Positions 1 to 23,852 are shown, counted from the stretch's first letter. The stretch is 64,000 nucleotides of DNA from Amoebidium appalachense (GCA_963693365.1 CAVNZM010000011.1:9020664-9084663), one strand, 5' to 3'. The notes: a model not told the origin generated them from the sequence alone. Numbers and translations are program-made.

Positions 1-113
1 GGATTTGTATTCAATCTGAGAATAAATTGTTGCATGAATAACTGCCAGGATAAAGTGGAGGCTTCTAGCTCGAGGTCTCATGATCAGGCTCCCTTGATTC
101 CTTCCCCCCCTCC

Positions 114-170
<57 letters not shown>

Positions 171-766
171 GGGGAGGGGGGGGGGGGGGGGGCGGGGGGT
201 AGTTGACCAACAGACCTATCTGTGACGTCATTACATCAGTTTTCACCATCAACCCAAAAGGCACAGCCCACACACACACCACACACTCAGTCGGTGCCTT
301 AATATATTTACATCCTACACAGTGTGTACCTCCTTTTCAAAACGATCATTTAGGGCTTGATTGCCTTTGTCCGTGTCTTCTCCATAGTTTCTTTATGAGG
401 CAAATCCACAATCTAACAAGAATCAAAGTTTCCCTAAAAATCGTAAATTTTCGATTCTGAAAGCTAAACTTGGAATAGTCCGTCTCAATAATATAATATA
501 ATATAATTATCAAATAACGTCAAACTTCATAGAACCCTCTTCCCCCCCCCCTTCCCCCCCCCCCCCCCCCCCCCCTCCCCCCTCCCCGGGGGGGGCCGTT
601 CGGGCCCCAAGCCACCTACACCACGGGCTCACGCACCAACAAAATTTAATGAAGCAAGAGATACACACGTGACTCATGTACACAAGCAGCTAGAGAAGTG
701 TATAAGGCGTCTACATACCGTCTGAGAAGAGAGGAGTGAAAGGGGAGGCCGAGGGGAGGAGGGGAA

Positions 767-805
<39 letters not shown>

Positions 806-1079
806 CTTTCGGGTTGCTTGGTCCGGACAAAGCCATCACATTTGTGTAAATGGGTGTCTAATTAAAAGGTTAAATTTCTTTTTAAAGATTTTGGCCTGTG
901 TAGATAGGGTACTACTGCAACATCCACATGATCACGACAACATTATGTGCAGCAGCCCAAACCAACTATACGGCCCCTTTGTTCGACCGAGTCATTCTTG
1001 AATAATTGCGAACAGCCCATCACAGGGCTATATGTCCATATCATCTAATTATTTGCACTGAAATATCGCCATAGGTTGC

Positions 1080-1121
<42 letters not shown>

Positions 1122-1277
1122 CCCCTCTCTGCCTGGGTCCACCAGGTGTTATAACACCTTAACACATACACAAGCACACTCACACGCACACACGGAAGGC
1201 CATGCACAAAGAAGGATTCTATTTTTATTGATATGACTAAAGCCGAAGCAGAGAGAAAACCCCTAAGAGTGTAATTT

Positions 1278-1347
<70 letters not shown>

Positions 1348-1598
1348 CCCTCAAAAATCAAAAAAAAAGAAAAAAAAAAAAAAAAGAAAAAAAAAAGAAG
1401 AAGAAGAAGAAGAAAAGAAAAGGAAAGGAAAAGAAAGGACAAAAAAAACCAAAGAACGAAGGACAGAAACAATGAAAAAACAAAAGTGGAACCGACCGAA
1501 TTTCCTTCCTTATTAAAGTTCCAACAGCCCAGTGTGTCTGTACAGCTGCCAAAAAGGCGCCAACGAAGTGCCAGTTCTGGCAATCGCACGGGTTATGG

Positions 1599-10211
<8,613 letters not shown>

Positions 10212-11207
10212 TCTCTCTTACTGAAACCTTCAGAACTACTATGGATTAGCACTCACGCTATGTAGTGATGTGTGTGGAGTCTGCAATCAGCCAAGCACTG
10301 TTACAACTGGCCACTGATGATCGCACCGTGCATTCAAGTAAGAAACATGAGGTTGCATTCACGTGTTCCTTTTCCAGTTAGCATGAAACTCAACAAACAA
10401 AAAGCTACCCATATATTAGCTACTGATTTTAGCTTCGCCTATCGCCTATATATGTATAACTATACTGCTAAAGCGGGTTTTAATCCATACTATGCGTAAT
10501 TATTATTGCATATAAGTGAAACAACAAACAATATAGGCTTGTGTGAAACACGTGTACACATGCATGCATTTGATGTTTCACAACAACCGGAAATACCTTC
10601 CTTATTTGGCTAATAATACCAATTAATACCCAATTTTATTTTTTGCTATGATTGGATAAATTGGTTACGCAAATAATCTTTTAGGAATGCCCACAAACTG
10701 CTTCCCTTTTTCCTTTTTTCTGTTTTATTTTTTTCGTTTTCCCGAGAACTTGAACATGCAAAGCCTACGGTAGCCCAAACGTCTCACACACACTTTAGCA
10801 TGCTCTCAAAGAAATATTGAGTGGTGGCGAGTCGCTTGAGTAATTTTCAATGTTGCAGTTCATGTTGCACATGTTGCCATCCTGCTCCTGACTCCTCCCA
10901 TTTCCACACCATAGCCACACACACAAGAAAGCTCAGTGTTTTCGCTGAAACACACCTTTTCCCGAAAGTTACTTCTTATTATTCTAAGCATATTTCTCCT
11001 AATGGTTGTCTGCTTTCTATTCATGTTTACGGTGATGCGAGAGCCCTGCCAGCAATAGCATCTACATCCAAACAAGGTATTCTTCCCGTTTTGTCATCCC
11101 CTCCCCCCCTCCCCCCTGCCCCTTCCCCCCTTTCCCCTCCCCCCACCCACCCCTGGCCACACACACACACACACGGACGCACACACACACACACACGGAC
11201 GCACACA

Positions 11208-11309
<102 letters not shown>

Positions 11310-12688
11310 ACACGCACACACACTCCCCCCCCTCCCCCTCTTCCCCCTCCCTCCCCGCCCCCCTCCCCCCACCCCCACTCCCATGCCACCGTTTCGTCCC
11401 GAGGCTATAACGACAGCTACTAATAGTGTGGGTGCATGCGCTCATAGGTGTAGGTTATAAGTGGTTAGATAGGGAAATAGCCGGATAGGTAACTGTTTGG
11501 TGCCTTCAGGTGAGTGAGGGAGGGACTTTGAGCCGCAGGCATGCTGAGTGTGTGATTAGGCCAAACGAGTTATTGAGTGTCCCTGTTCGTGTATTTTTAG
11601 AGCTTTCGTGTGTGTGTGTGCACGTGTTTGTGTAGCGTCTTACAGGAATGTGCAGGTGACTGGGTGTTTCGTGCAGTGCATATCTGCGTGTGAGTAAGGC
11701 TTGGGACTGAAGGGGATACCGATTTTGGCGTGAGATGATGGTGGTGGTGGTGGTGGTTAAGGGCGGGTTGGTGGGTGGTTGGGTGGAAGGGGAGGGGGGG
11801 TGTGGAGGGGAGGGAAGGGGAAAAGGAATGACGGGAGGGCTCACTAGGACGCACAAGCAATGGGTATAAGTAAGCGTGAGGGGAAATCCCAGCTTGTTTT
11901 TCTCCTTTAATATGTGTAATAATTGTGTTTAAAATGTTTATAGACACAAACACCTTGGGGGAATATTGTGTGCTCGTTAGGATGGGCGAGAGGATGTCTG
12001 CATGCGTGTTGGGGGGGAGGTGGGGTGGGTGGGGGGGGGGGGGGGGGAGGCGGGAGGGGAAGGGGGGACCGGGGGAAGGGGGGGAGGGGGGGGGGGGGGG
12101 GGGGGAGGAGGTTGGCCTGTCGGCCTGATATTTTTTAAAGGGAGTCACTGAGCGATAGCTTCGTATATTTTTCAACCTGATTCTTCATGTTTCCATTGTT
12201 TTGGAAGCCGCTATTAAACCGGTTGGCTGTGTGTGGAAGTTCATCGAATATCTCCTCAAACTACCTGTGGCACCGGATGTAGGAACAGGTTTGAGATAAA
12301 AAGAAGGAAGGCAAAGGGGAGGGGAGTGGGGGGGAGGAGGGGTGTGTGTGCGCGCGTGTGTGTGTATGGGGGGGGGAGGGGGGGGTTGTGTGTGTGTTCT
12401 TGCTGACTGGCTGAAAATCTACAGCTGAGAAGGAAGCAGAGGGTCGCTCGGCGCACCATCAACACCCTGGAGCCTCACACTTTTTCGTTTGTCTTCTCGG
12501 GAACACCAGAAAAATCCAGTTTACTCTCACTTCATGACTATCTTTTGCCGTCAAAATACTTAGTCTGCGCATTCAAGGATTTTTTACATGTAATGATCTG
12601 TGTATTACCACATTTAGGTAACTTGTAGAGATATCTAGTCATTGCCATATTTAGGCATCTATGAATCTATAAGGGGATATCACCAAAC

Positions 12689-13505
12689 ATGGTGCGAGGA
12701 AGCGCCAACGGGTCGAGGCACAGGGCATCCTCCACAAACCATCACAAACCCGACCCGAACCGAAACTCAAAACAACCCGACCCGAAAATGGGCCACGGAC
12801 CGAGCTTCAGCCTTTCGGGACGGAAAACGTTTGAAATTTTGGTTGCAGCAGGTGTGGCAGTTTCGATTTTTCTATATTCCGGTGTATTTTCCCGTTTTGG
12901 TAGCACACCAGGGGAGAGTGACCTTGGGCCAACTAAACCAGAGCACCATTTCTCGCACACAGACCCACGTGTTCCGGAACTGCTCGATTCTTTAATAGAC
13001 GGTGTTAAAGACGCCTTGAAAGTCCTCGACAAGCCAAATTTGGACGCGGGAGAGCGATTCGAGGCGTGGAACCAAGTCGGGTCGTCCTTTGTCGGTATTG
13101 GCCCGTATATACAAACCGAGCATCAGTCTGGGAAGCTGGAGCCCTTTGTGAAGGCATTCATCTCCCCCTCCCCCCTCCCTCCCCCTCCCTTCTTTCCCCC
13201 CCCCTCCCCCCCCCCCCTCCCCCCCCCCCCCCCTCCTCCCCCCCCCCCCCCCCCCCAAACACACACACACACGCTCAGCCACACCTACCCCCATTCCCCC
13301 CTGATGTTGGGCTCTGTTTATTCTTCATACCGTTTGTGCGCGATTTTTGTCCCCCCCCCCCCCCCCCCCCCCCCCCCACACACACACACATGCCTCTTCC
13401 CCTCCCCCTCCCCTCCCCCTCTCCCATAAATTCTACACTGTGTTGTCCGTTGTCAATGTGTAGATCGTGCTCTGTTGCACATTCTAACCCCCCCCCCCCC
13501 TTCCC

Positions 13506-13542
<37 letters not shown>

Positions 13543-14208
13543 AGAAAAAGAGAAGAAAAAAAAAAGAGAAGGAAAAAAAGAAGGGGGGGGGGGGGGGGGG
13601 GGGAATCACCTGTTCAGTGACTTGAAAAATCCACACACATTCTATGTAATCAGATCTCAGTCAGGGGACGATTATTTTTTGAACAGTGAGTATCTCTTAT
13701 CTAACAGTTATGGCCACCCTCCCTCTTCGTTTCGAGTTACCAAAGCCACTCCGTGCGTGCACGAAAATGCATAACGTATGCTCCTCCATCCACTTTACAC
13801 CAATTTGATGGTCCACGGGGGGAGGGGAGGAGGGAGGGGAGGGGAGGGGGGAGGAGAGAGAGAGGTGGGGAGGGGGGGGGAGGAGGGGGAGGGGGGAGGG
13901 GAGGGGTGGAGAGGGGGGTGAGGTCTGACAATGAGTCCGGTTCGAGCGATGCTGCATCGACTCATACGAATCGTTTCAAAAGGTTAAAATCTAATTTTGA
14001 ATAATTTTTGCAGGAAGTGCGTGAGCATCTGTACAGCGTGCAGCTCAGTGATTGGCCGTGCTATGCCCTTGGCGACGTTCTATTGGTTGCCAAGTACGTG
14101 GGCCTGGAGGAGGGCAAATCTAATGCTTTGCAGGTGTGCATTCCCCTATTCACCAGTCAGACGTGAACATACATGTGCATGTGAGAACAATATGTCGCCC
14201 AAACCAGT

Positions 14209-14241
<33 letters not shown>

Positions 14242-14519
14242 GGTCATCTAACATTCTGCCTGCACCCCACCCACCATTCTCACTTTCTACCCGGCTAACT
14301 TAATCACTGACACACACACACACAAACTAAAACAAGAAAAGTATGGACAAGGGGTAAGAAAAAACTTGAGTGAGAGCGAAGGGGAGGGAGAGAGTTAGAG
14401 ACTGGTAAATGTAGACACGCACGCCTGCATATATGCATGCATCCAGGCACAGACAAACACACGCCCACACGTGTGCACGCTCAAACACAGATATGCGCGC
14501 ATACACAGGCACACACGCA

Positions 14520-14554
<35 letters not shown>

Positions 14555-14968
14555 GCACGCATGCACGCACGCACGCACACACACATACACACACACACAC
14601 ACACATACACACACATGCCAACCCTCCCCCCCCCCCACTCACACACACCAACACCCCCCACCCCCCTACACACACACACACACGTACACACACACGCACA
14701 CACACGTACAGGAGCATATGCGTCAGGCATGCATCGAGGATCTTCCACACATGCCGCTTGAAACACGCACCCTCCTTATGCGTGTGGTACCGACCGCTGT
14801 CATGTGTCGTCTGGGAATGGATGGGACACAGTCTTTTGTAAACGAAACCTTGCGAAGGTTCATGTCTCATAGGTAAGTGTTTTAGCCGAAGTTCCTTGCA
14901 TATGGGTCGGTACTTCGTGTGCTATCCCACCATTTTGTGTGTGTGCAGTGTGTGCGTGCGTGTGTGCG

Positions 14969-15039
<71 letters not shown>

Positions 15040-15521
15040 ACGGTGGCCAGGGCCGGGGGAGGGGGGGGGGGGGGGGGGGGAAGGGGGTGAGGGGGTGTGC
15101 GCATGTGCATTCATGGGTGCGTGTGTGCGTGTAAATTATGGAATTGTACGTGGACGTGCAAGTACATGTGCCTGCTTGTGTGACAGCGTACCTTACTTAT
15201 TCATCCCCTTTCTTTCTTTCTTTTTACCCCCCATTCCCTACCCTCTACCTTCTAATGCATGCACAACAACCACAACATTGCATGCCCGCTCATATGACTA
15301 CCTACCGTGCCACGGACTCCCCCTCCATGCCATCTGGCCAACTGCATATATGCAGACGTATCGATATACCCCCCCCCCCCCCCCCCCCCCCCCCTTCTCC
15401 CCCTCCCCAGCCCCCCCCCCTCCCTCCCCCCCCCCCCCCCCCCCACACACACGCACATATTTGCACAGACAGGCACAACGACATACACACACACTGGCAC
15501 ACACACAACACACACCGTCAC

Positions 15522-15578
<57 letters not shown>

Positions 15579-16585
15579 GACAGACACACGCACACATACA
15601 CTGTGACACACACACACACACACACACCAGACACACACACACACAGACACACACACACTGGCACACACACACAGACATACACACACACACACTGGCACAC
15701 CCGCACCCCCCCCCCACACACACACACTCACGCGCGCACACACGCACACACACACACACACTTTCACTCTCACTGACCAACCCGCCCCCCTGCCTCCCCC
15801 CCCCCCCCCCTCCCCAACGAACAAACACTCCCCCCCCCCCCTCTCCCCTCCCTACAAACCCCCCTCCCCCCCCCCCCCCCCACACACACACAGGCAGCCA
15901 GACAACAGCTTTGTTGACGACTATCCCGATTTGGTAAAAGCAGAGAGGGGGCAGGAAGATCCGTCCTATCCAAACGTTGGAAGTGATTACGTCACCACAC
16001 ACGCGTTTATGGCTCTAGTAGCATGTGGGGCGGAAAAAGACGTCGTTGAAAGTACTGCACGCCACATGGTGAAGAATCTGCCTACACATATGAGGCGGGG
16101 CCAAACAGGTGTGTGTGGTTCAAAGACACACATGCACAGACAGACATTCATATATCCGGACACAACTGTCTCCCCCCTCCCCCTCTCCCCCTCCCTCAAC
16201 CCCTCCGGGTTCCCTCTTCCGCCCCCTGCACCCGTGCACCCTGTCTGATCTTACAATCAGGTTTTGGCCAAACAGGTGCATGTTGCTCAAAGATGCACAG
16301 GCACACACACACACACCACTGCACACACATATGTGGCACATGCACACATGCACACATTTTTTCCTCCCCTTTCCATAATATTATTCGGTGGTTTGTCTTT
16401 AAATTTTTAGTGTCGCAAGTTCCCATATTTGGCCCCTTCGTTTTTCCTGTGGGATTCCTTTGGTTTCCGTTCTTGTTTTCTGGCTTCTGGTTAGTGTGCC
16501 GGTCAGACAGTTTTTCGAAAGGCCCATAATGATTTTGGTGAGATGACTGCTTTCAACCCCCATCCCCCCCCCCCCCCCCCCCCCC

Positions 16586-16647
<62 letters not shown>

Positions 16648-16825
16648 AAGGTAAAATAAAGAAAGAGGATGTAATTATTATTATAGTAAAACGGTGCATT
16701 CACTTTTGTGTGTCACAGTACTCCATTTTTTCGCACTGCTCTGGCATCTGCTTATGTCAATTTTCTCCGGCATGAATAGTACTTTGCTAAAACACTCGCC
16801 ACATCCTAACTCCTCTTCACCCCCT

Positions 16826-16858
<33 letters not shown>

Positions 16859-16999
16859 CCCCACCCTTCCCCCCCACCGCCCCTCCTACTGAGGCCCCCC
16901 TCGGCTCCTTCGAGTCCCCTCCCCGGATCTCCCCTCTTCCCCCCAGCCCCCCTCCCCCCACTCACCCACCGCTACCACCACCACCCCCACACCCCCCCT

Positions 17000-17034
<35 letters not shown>

Positions 17035-17304
17035 CCCGCCGCTCCCACTCCCCCCCCTCTTGCAGATATTGTCATGGAAACCGTTCTCTTCCTGAAGTGG
17101 GCCAATCTTTGGAAGGAAGACTGCTGTCGTGATTCCGTCTCTACCGCCTATGGGTGGGTGGCCTCACAGCTACGGCCGGGGGGATTATGTCCGGTGCATG
17201 AGGTCGCAGAGTGTAAGCCGCATTGGCACACAAACGCTGTATTTTTGGGGTTCTGGGCGCCTGGGAGCGAGGGGTGGTTAACGAGGGTGGGGAGTGTGCA
17301 GTAA
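12689..17304 (+). CDS. Type II membrane protein with putative alpha/alpha-toroid lumenal domain (C16orf89/UPF0764- or DUF6895-like), 5 exons, ~399 aa
   Basis: Exons 12689-13153 (or -13147), 14014-14133, 14712-14872, 15894-16108, 17066-17304 join in frame. Single [20 protein letters not shown]. Motifs [44 protein letters not shown] follow the QxxDGxF / THxxxxL / DxxxE / HxT pattern. Gene model is solid, family call tentative. Confidence 0.6.
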
Positions 17305-17901
17305 ATAATTAAAGAAAAAAAAAGAATTACTGATTGGAGCCAGGCTTAGTCACTGAGGGAAGCTTTTCAAAGAGCGGGTTAAAGCTTTTTTGTTCTTCCG
17401 ATTTGAATTTTTGACTTGAAATTATATTTAAAAATTAAAATTGTTACTTGTCCAGCTTTAAACCTTTCTCTCCTTTTCTTGCCTATTCAAAAATAATGTA
17501 CGCCCGTTTTTGGCAGGAGCCTAAGGGAGTATCCTTAATTGCATCGGCCCGGTCTCTTGTATAGTCACACGCCATCTCAGTTTTTTAGCCAGATAAGTTG
17601 AAAGGCCTTTTCAGAGCCTTCAGGTAAATTTATCTGCATCAGATTCTATAGTCACTCACTGAACTTTTAAGTTTAAAGTTGTTGCTATTAAATGGTTTTC
17701 GTCTGGTCAAGTTGGTGTATATCATCAGTCCTCCGACAGTGTGTGTGTGTGTGCACGTGTGTGCGTGCGTGCGTGCGTGCGTGTGTGTGTGCGTGCGTGT
17801 GTGTGTGTGTGTGTGTGTGCGTGCGTGCGTGTGTGTGTACGTGCGTGCATGCGTGTGTGTTGGACGGAGGGGGAGGCTGAGAAGTGGACGGGCAGGCTAG
17901 C

Positions 17902-17939
<38 letters not shown>

Positions 17940-18117
17940 ACGTGTGTGTGTGTGTGTGTGCGTGTGTGTGCGTAGGGGGGGAAAGGGGGGGGGGGGAGGG
18001 TGGGGGGAGGAGGGGGAGGAAGGGGGGGGGGGGGGTTCACTAGTGTGTGCTTGTCACAGTGCTCTACCATTTTGCGCATGCGCGCGCGTGTGTGTTTGTG
18101 TGTGTGTGTGTGTCTGT

Positions 18118-18204
<87 letters not shown>

Positions 18205-18347
18205 GTGTGTGTGTCACGGTGTGCCCGACAATGTGTCTTGTCTGACAGTGTGGTGGGCTAAACCCGGTGGTGCGCATGTTGGTTAGTAGTTTTTTCCTTT
18301 TTTTTTGCCTCTCCTTTTCTTTTCTTTTCTTTTCTTTCCCTTTTTTT

Positions 18348-18393
<46 letters not shown>

Positions 18394-19969
18394 GAAGTTT
18401 ATTACTTGATGGGATGAAAGGAAGTGGTGGTCACGGTCTCTGACACGTGTATGTAAAGGTGTGTGTGTGTGTTTTTTTTTTGTTTCTTTGGGGGGGTCCC
18501 AGCCAACCCCCTCCGCCCCCCCCTTCCCCACCGCCATCTACCCCGCCTCCTCTCACCTCACCGGACAAAATGTGTTGGCCTGCGGCAGGCCGCCTGAGCC
18601 GGAGAGTCGGAAGCGGAGCCGGGCAGAAAACTGAACCAAAATAGCTCGGACTCATTGTTTTGGTCAGCTTGACACAGTGCATTATTTATAAGTTATCAGC
18701 GAGTCAACTTTCAAAAGGACTTTTCTTTTTGTAGCGCTAATATCGCCCAACTTGGAAAACTTGTCTTATAATAGGGCTATCAATCTAAACACGTGCTGTA
18801 AAAAAGTGTGTGCACGTGTGCCGGTGTGTGTCATGATTCATTAATGTGCACGTGTTGTGATAACGGCACAGACACGAAAATTCAAGTGAAAGTCACGCGT
18901 TGGCATGCCTCACGCGTACGCGTGAGTGCGCAGTGCGGATCACGGATCACGGCTACGGTCCCGACGCAGAAAACCTATCCAAAAAACTATAAGTCCCACG
19001 CACAGTCGGGTTGCAGAGTAGATACGGCGGGCATGTTCATTCTTATGGTTTCTATAAGTCTCTCGAATTTTTATTTTATTTTTTTAATGGAGTAAATAAT
19101 TATTGTAGCATAATCTCGTGGCTATTAGTAAGTCCATGGCGTAGTAGTCCAATGCATCACTACTGTAATACTGTGTTGGTTCCTGGTGGGCCCAGCTGCA
19201 GATTGCGCCATCATGTCATGGCATGGACTCATTGGTTTATGGTTACCAGGGTTGGAATATCAATAGACTAAGGGGCGTGCACCTATAGCTTTTCTGTTGG
19301 TAGGCTGTAGGCCGAGACAATATTTTATTTAATCTTCTAATGCCTTTTTTCATGAAGAATTGTAGGCAAACATGAATATCCTCACGGCAGGTCGATGGTC
19401 ATTTTCAACAACTTCAGGGCGAATTCACCTCTCGCTTACCACTGGAATTTTGTGTACAAGCGTTATCCCTGACATTGAGCCAATCGTGTTTACTCAAGGG
19501 GGCAGATGTAAATCGCAGCTTCATTTTGTCGCATGCATGTATCAAATGTAAAAAATACTTCTTATAGTTGAATTTTTTATTCTAATTTTTTTTTAAATAT
19601 CAAGTTTTTAATGCATTAACTTTGGTGGTTACAGAATTTATTGGGTGTTCTGACACCGTGTCCAGAATGACACATCTTCTGCGGGCCACAGAAGTCATCG
19701 AAACGTGCGCCACATGGAAGACCTTCCCCAATTCAAAGACATGTATATACAAGTTGATTCAGATGAACCCTGCGGTCCAATAACTTTAGATCGTAGTAAA
19801 GCGAGCGCTTTACGTAAAAAAAAAAGCGTGCCAATCGAGTGCCTTTCGCCTGAAGTTCAGCTACGAACCCACTTAGTAGTTTTAAGTTGTTAACAAATCG
19901 TGTTTCATTTATCTTTTGGGGCTAAGAATCTTGTTTTCTTGTATTGGTAAAGCTTGATGCTTATTCAAA

Positions 19970-20641
19970 GTGGTGAACTTCAACTCTTGCTTATATATAG
20001 GTCTAATGCATGCCCTGAAAACCACTGGGGTTGCCATCAAACATGAACCGGATTATCGTATTTTTCGAGGGCCCCACAGACTCTGGCACAGACTCGAGTT
20101 GGACGAATCACGTAGGGCTCCCTTTCGTACGTATTTCTACTTGCACGCAGCACGCCAGCACCTCGGCAGGGGGGGGCCGTGCATGCGCCGTCCCCAATCA
20201 TCGAGAGTGCGTGAGACTCCAATGGGCTGGGATGCTCCCTCTGTTGGCACAATTTGGCCTATACAGCTTAAAAAAAACAAGCCATGCCATAGACACAGTG
20301 TTCCTAGAAAATGTCTTCGGTCTTCCATCTAACATGTAATTACACGTACATCTTTTGTCGGATTTTATCGACTAATCTAATTGACAAGAACACGTCCCTA
20401 GAACCAATCACATGACAGGCTAATCTCGCGGTTGAGGGAAAACGATGCTACGAGCGTGATAGACACGGACACGAAGGAACCAATGTTTTCTGGTGAGAAA
20501 CTGCTCGAGCGCAAACGCCGATGCGAGATGGAAATCGAGCTCTTCTGCGAACTGTTCGCGCTGGCGGAAGGTCGTGCATACGACCCCGTAAGCGACAAGT
20601 GGGAACCAACCCCACAGGTGTCGGACCAAACCGATGCCTAA
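19970..20641 (+). pseudogene. Probable degraded ORF1 of the LINE
   Basis: Unique, repeat-free sequence with short ORFs (19970-20332, 20031-20339, 20432-20641). The last one ends in ATGCCTAA, overlapping the ORF2 start codon. No recognisable domain. Confidence 0.4.
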
Positions 20642-23600
20642 TTTATCCTTCTTCTTCTGGAATGCTCGGACACTGGGCCCCCAAAAGGGCCTCCCCCCCG
20701 GGACACTCGACGATAAAATCAGCTACATACAACAACAGACAAACAACCACACGTTTACAGTGATTTGCGAAACACAGTTTAAAAACCACCACAAATTCAA
20801 CTCTACATTGGTCGACACATCCACACACCCCGGTTACGCGAAAAACCGAGGCATTATTGTACTTGCCGCACCACACGTGAGAGTGAAGTGCAAACCGGTA
20901 GCAAAAACGGAATTCTCGGTTTCTATAGAGTTTCTTTCTAATGTTTTTACTTTTGTATATTACCCACCATCTATGTCGGTTGTCGAATTGACTCACGAGT
21001 TGTCACAGTTACCAATGTCCACTGTTATTTTAGGTGATTTTAACACGCGACTCCACCACACAGACACACTGCAAGTGAGTGTCGGGTACCCATCTAAGCC
21101 CCCGGAGCGTGCTATCCCTTTAGCAAGGTATGTCCAAAGTCACACTTTGCGGTTCCCTCAAATATCCCATGCCCACAACACCGACTGGGGAGTGGCCTTT
21201 TGGCCATCAACCATGTCAAAACTCTCTCTCCCTCCTAACCTCTCTAGGTCATCTGACCACTCTCCTATCCTTTTCCTACCTAAGATCTCCCTTGATCTGC
21301 TCCCCCCTCCCCCTCCCACCTTTCGCCTCCGTCTATCCCAGCTTAAGTCACAATGGGGTAGAGTTGATGTATGTGTATGCTATGCTACGAAACACCCTAT
21401 ATATATGCGCCTATTAGAATCTGCACAAGCCAGGCCAGATTCACATCTCGTACTAGATACATGCACTAACTTTATTGTTGATGATTTGATAGATCTCGGT
21501 GATTATGCTGGCGGTGGTAGGAAGGAATATCCCGATGCTCTCTTGTTACCAAACACCACTCCCGCTAGACTAGGTGAACCCCTGTCTCAAAAGGAAAGCT
21601 TGCGCCGGCTTGCTAGTATGAATCGATTTGGCCCCCCTGCTCGTATTATTGGTGATACCACTGGAGACCCCCTCATAGACTCTGATAAGTATTTCTCGGA
21701 ACTGTTTAAAGATAGGACCCCCGCTCAGAAACCTATTGTGTGGCCTGTAGACCCATCTATCCCCATAGAATCGATCCTCCCCTTTTTCAGTCCCGATGCC
21801 ATATGGTCTGTGATATCTAGTTATAGCTCTAGTAAGTCTTGTGGACCTGATGGACTCCCTGCTGGGTTTCTTAAAATCCTTGTTCCCTCCTACCCACAAA
21901 AGGAAAGTGATCGTGCTATTAAACCTGATCTTACTATCATGTTAAGCTCTCTCTTTTCTTGGTGTGTTAAATGTGGACATGTCCCGTCATCTTGGTTATA
22001 TACCTTAAGTTAGTGATCCCCATAGTTAAGAAGGACTCTGAGGGCCCCATATCATCCTTTCGCCCCATTACACTAACCCAGGTTGTTCGTAGATTCTTTG
22101 AAGCTTGCTTACTTAGGTTATTTGCACATCACCCTAGGTTTCAATCTATTCTTCACATACACCCATGCCAATCCGCTTTTCGTAAAAACAATTCATGTTA
22201 TGTTCAAATAATGGCACTGCACGATTCAGTATGCAAGTTGGTGCACAATATGTTGGCTTTATTGATTGGAAAACTGCTTACGATTCTGTCTCCCCTGGTC
22301 TCCTATGGGAAAAGCTTGCTGCACGGGGTGTACCACACTGCATTGGTGTTCTGTTAGAAGCACTCTTGTCTCAAACCTATGGTAGAGCTGTGGTTAATGG
22401 GCATCTTTCATATGGTTTTGCTCGTACTAGAGGTCTCTTGCAGGGTTCATTGCTTAGCCCCTTTTTGTTTAACCTATTTATAGATGATTTGGCTGTCAAG
22501 ATTTACGCCGAAAACGATGACCCTATTAATAACTTTCCGCCTGCACTTCTCTATGCTGATGATCTGTCCCTCCTTGCCCGTACCCCTAGACGCCTGCAAA
22601 GATTGTTCGATGTAGTGTCAGAGTGGTGCAAGGCAAACCTTATGATCCTTAACATAGACAAATGTGGTGTTCTTGTACCTGATATAGCTAACAATTTACA
22701 CACATTTACATTATCATCTAAACCTGTACCTATAGTTCCAGAATACAAATATCTTGGTGTTCCGGTTGATTCTGTTGGTGTTATGTTTCCCCATATGGTC
22801 GAAAAGAGGGTAGAGTTGGCTCGTAAGCGGTTAGCTTTCTTCTCGGCTAATATTTTTAAAGACACACCCCTCCATCCTTCTATTAGACTTACATTTATTC
22901 GCACTTTTGTCTTCCCGGCATGTGAATATGGTTTACCCCTTCTCGCCGCTTGGATCAAGAAAGAGAGAACTAGAGCGCTTAAACCCTTGGCAAATTTCCT
23001 TGAAGCAGAAGTTGCCTCCTTTCTATCTAACAACTGTTGTAAACCTGGGCCTGTAACGCTCTCGATATATGGTCTGGTCCCAATAGCTGCTAGAGTATCC
23101 TATCTCGCGCTGAAATTCAATAAGCACATAAGCCGCTTAAAGAAGTATTTGCCCTCCCACCCTCTCTTCTCTATCCGACCTGTCCCCTCCTCACCTCTCC
23201 CCTCTTTCCTCCCCTCTCTCTCCCCTTCTCCCCTGGGCACAAATACAAATAAACCCCGCAATAGTGTGTGTGTGACTTTGGACTGCCACTTACTTATTAA
23301 ACATGTACACAATCACAAGATAATCACGCAATATAACAAATAGGAAAAAGATACCACACGACACTAGACCCGATGAAAGCATACACCTTGAAAAACTAAG
23401 CCTTATGTCTCGTTTTATATATACTGACCGCCTCAACCATATTGCCAAATATGGCACTCGCAAGTGTATAACACCTAAATACATATTACCTTCCTGTAGA
23501 ACTGGTCTTTCTCTAGCTGATGGTATTATTGATCAATTACCACGCTTTTACTGTACACGTGCTATACAGTGGAGATCTAATAAGTATAAGGTGGCATCAT

Positions 23601-23852
23601 TTGCATGCCCAAACAACACACACACACACCAGTTTAACCGGTCATGTATCGCCAAATGTAGTTTGATAGACCACATAATACCGCAACACACACACGTCAC
23701 ATTCACAACAGACACCCAGAAAGATAGCCTACCTGAAAGATAGCCTACCTGTAAATTACAACATCCTTGATTTTATACTAAACACGCGTAACTACGACCT
23801 GTTTATTAGATGTATTGATTGGCTTGAGAAACACATCACTACAAAATTATAG
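20634..23852 (+). pseudogene. LINE ORF2 (AP endonuclease + reverse transcriptase) with ~4 frameshifts
   Basis: APE: FWNARTL, ICETQ, YYPP, ILGDFN, SSDHSPI. RT: KSCGPDGLP, FRPITL, QSAFR, FIDWKTAYDSV, RGLLQGSLLSPFLFNLFIDDL, LLYADDL, YKYLGV. C-terminal W-R..C..F.R.C and ILDFILN. Frameshifts near 22005-22013, ~22235, ~23310-23340, plus a 16-bp tandem duplication at 23719-23750. Confidence 0.9.

Noticed and set aside
600-730. Coding-like stretch at the window start
   Set aside because: No clear splice sites or recognisable motifs; cannot be supported.
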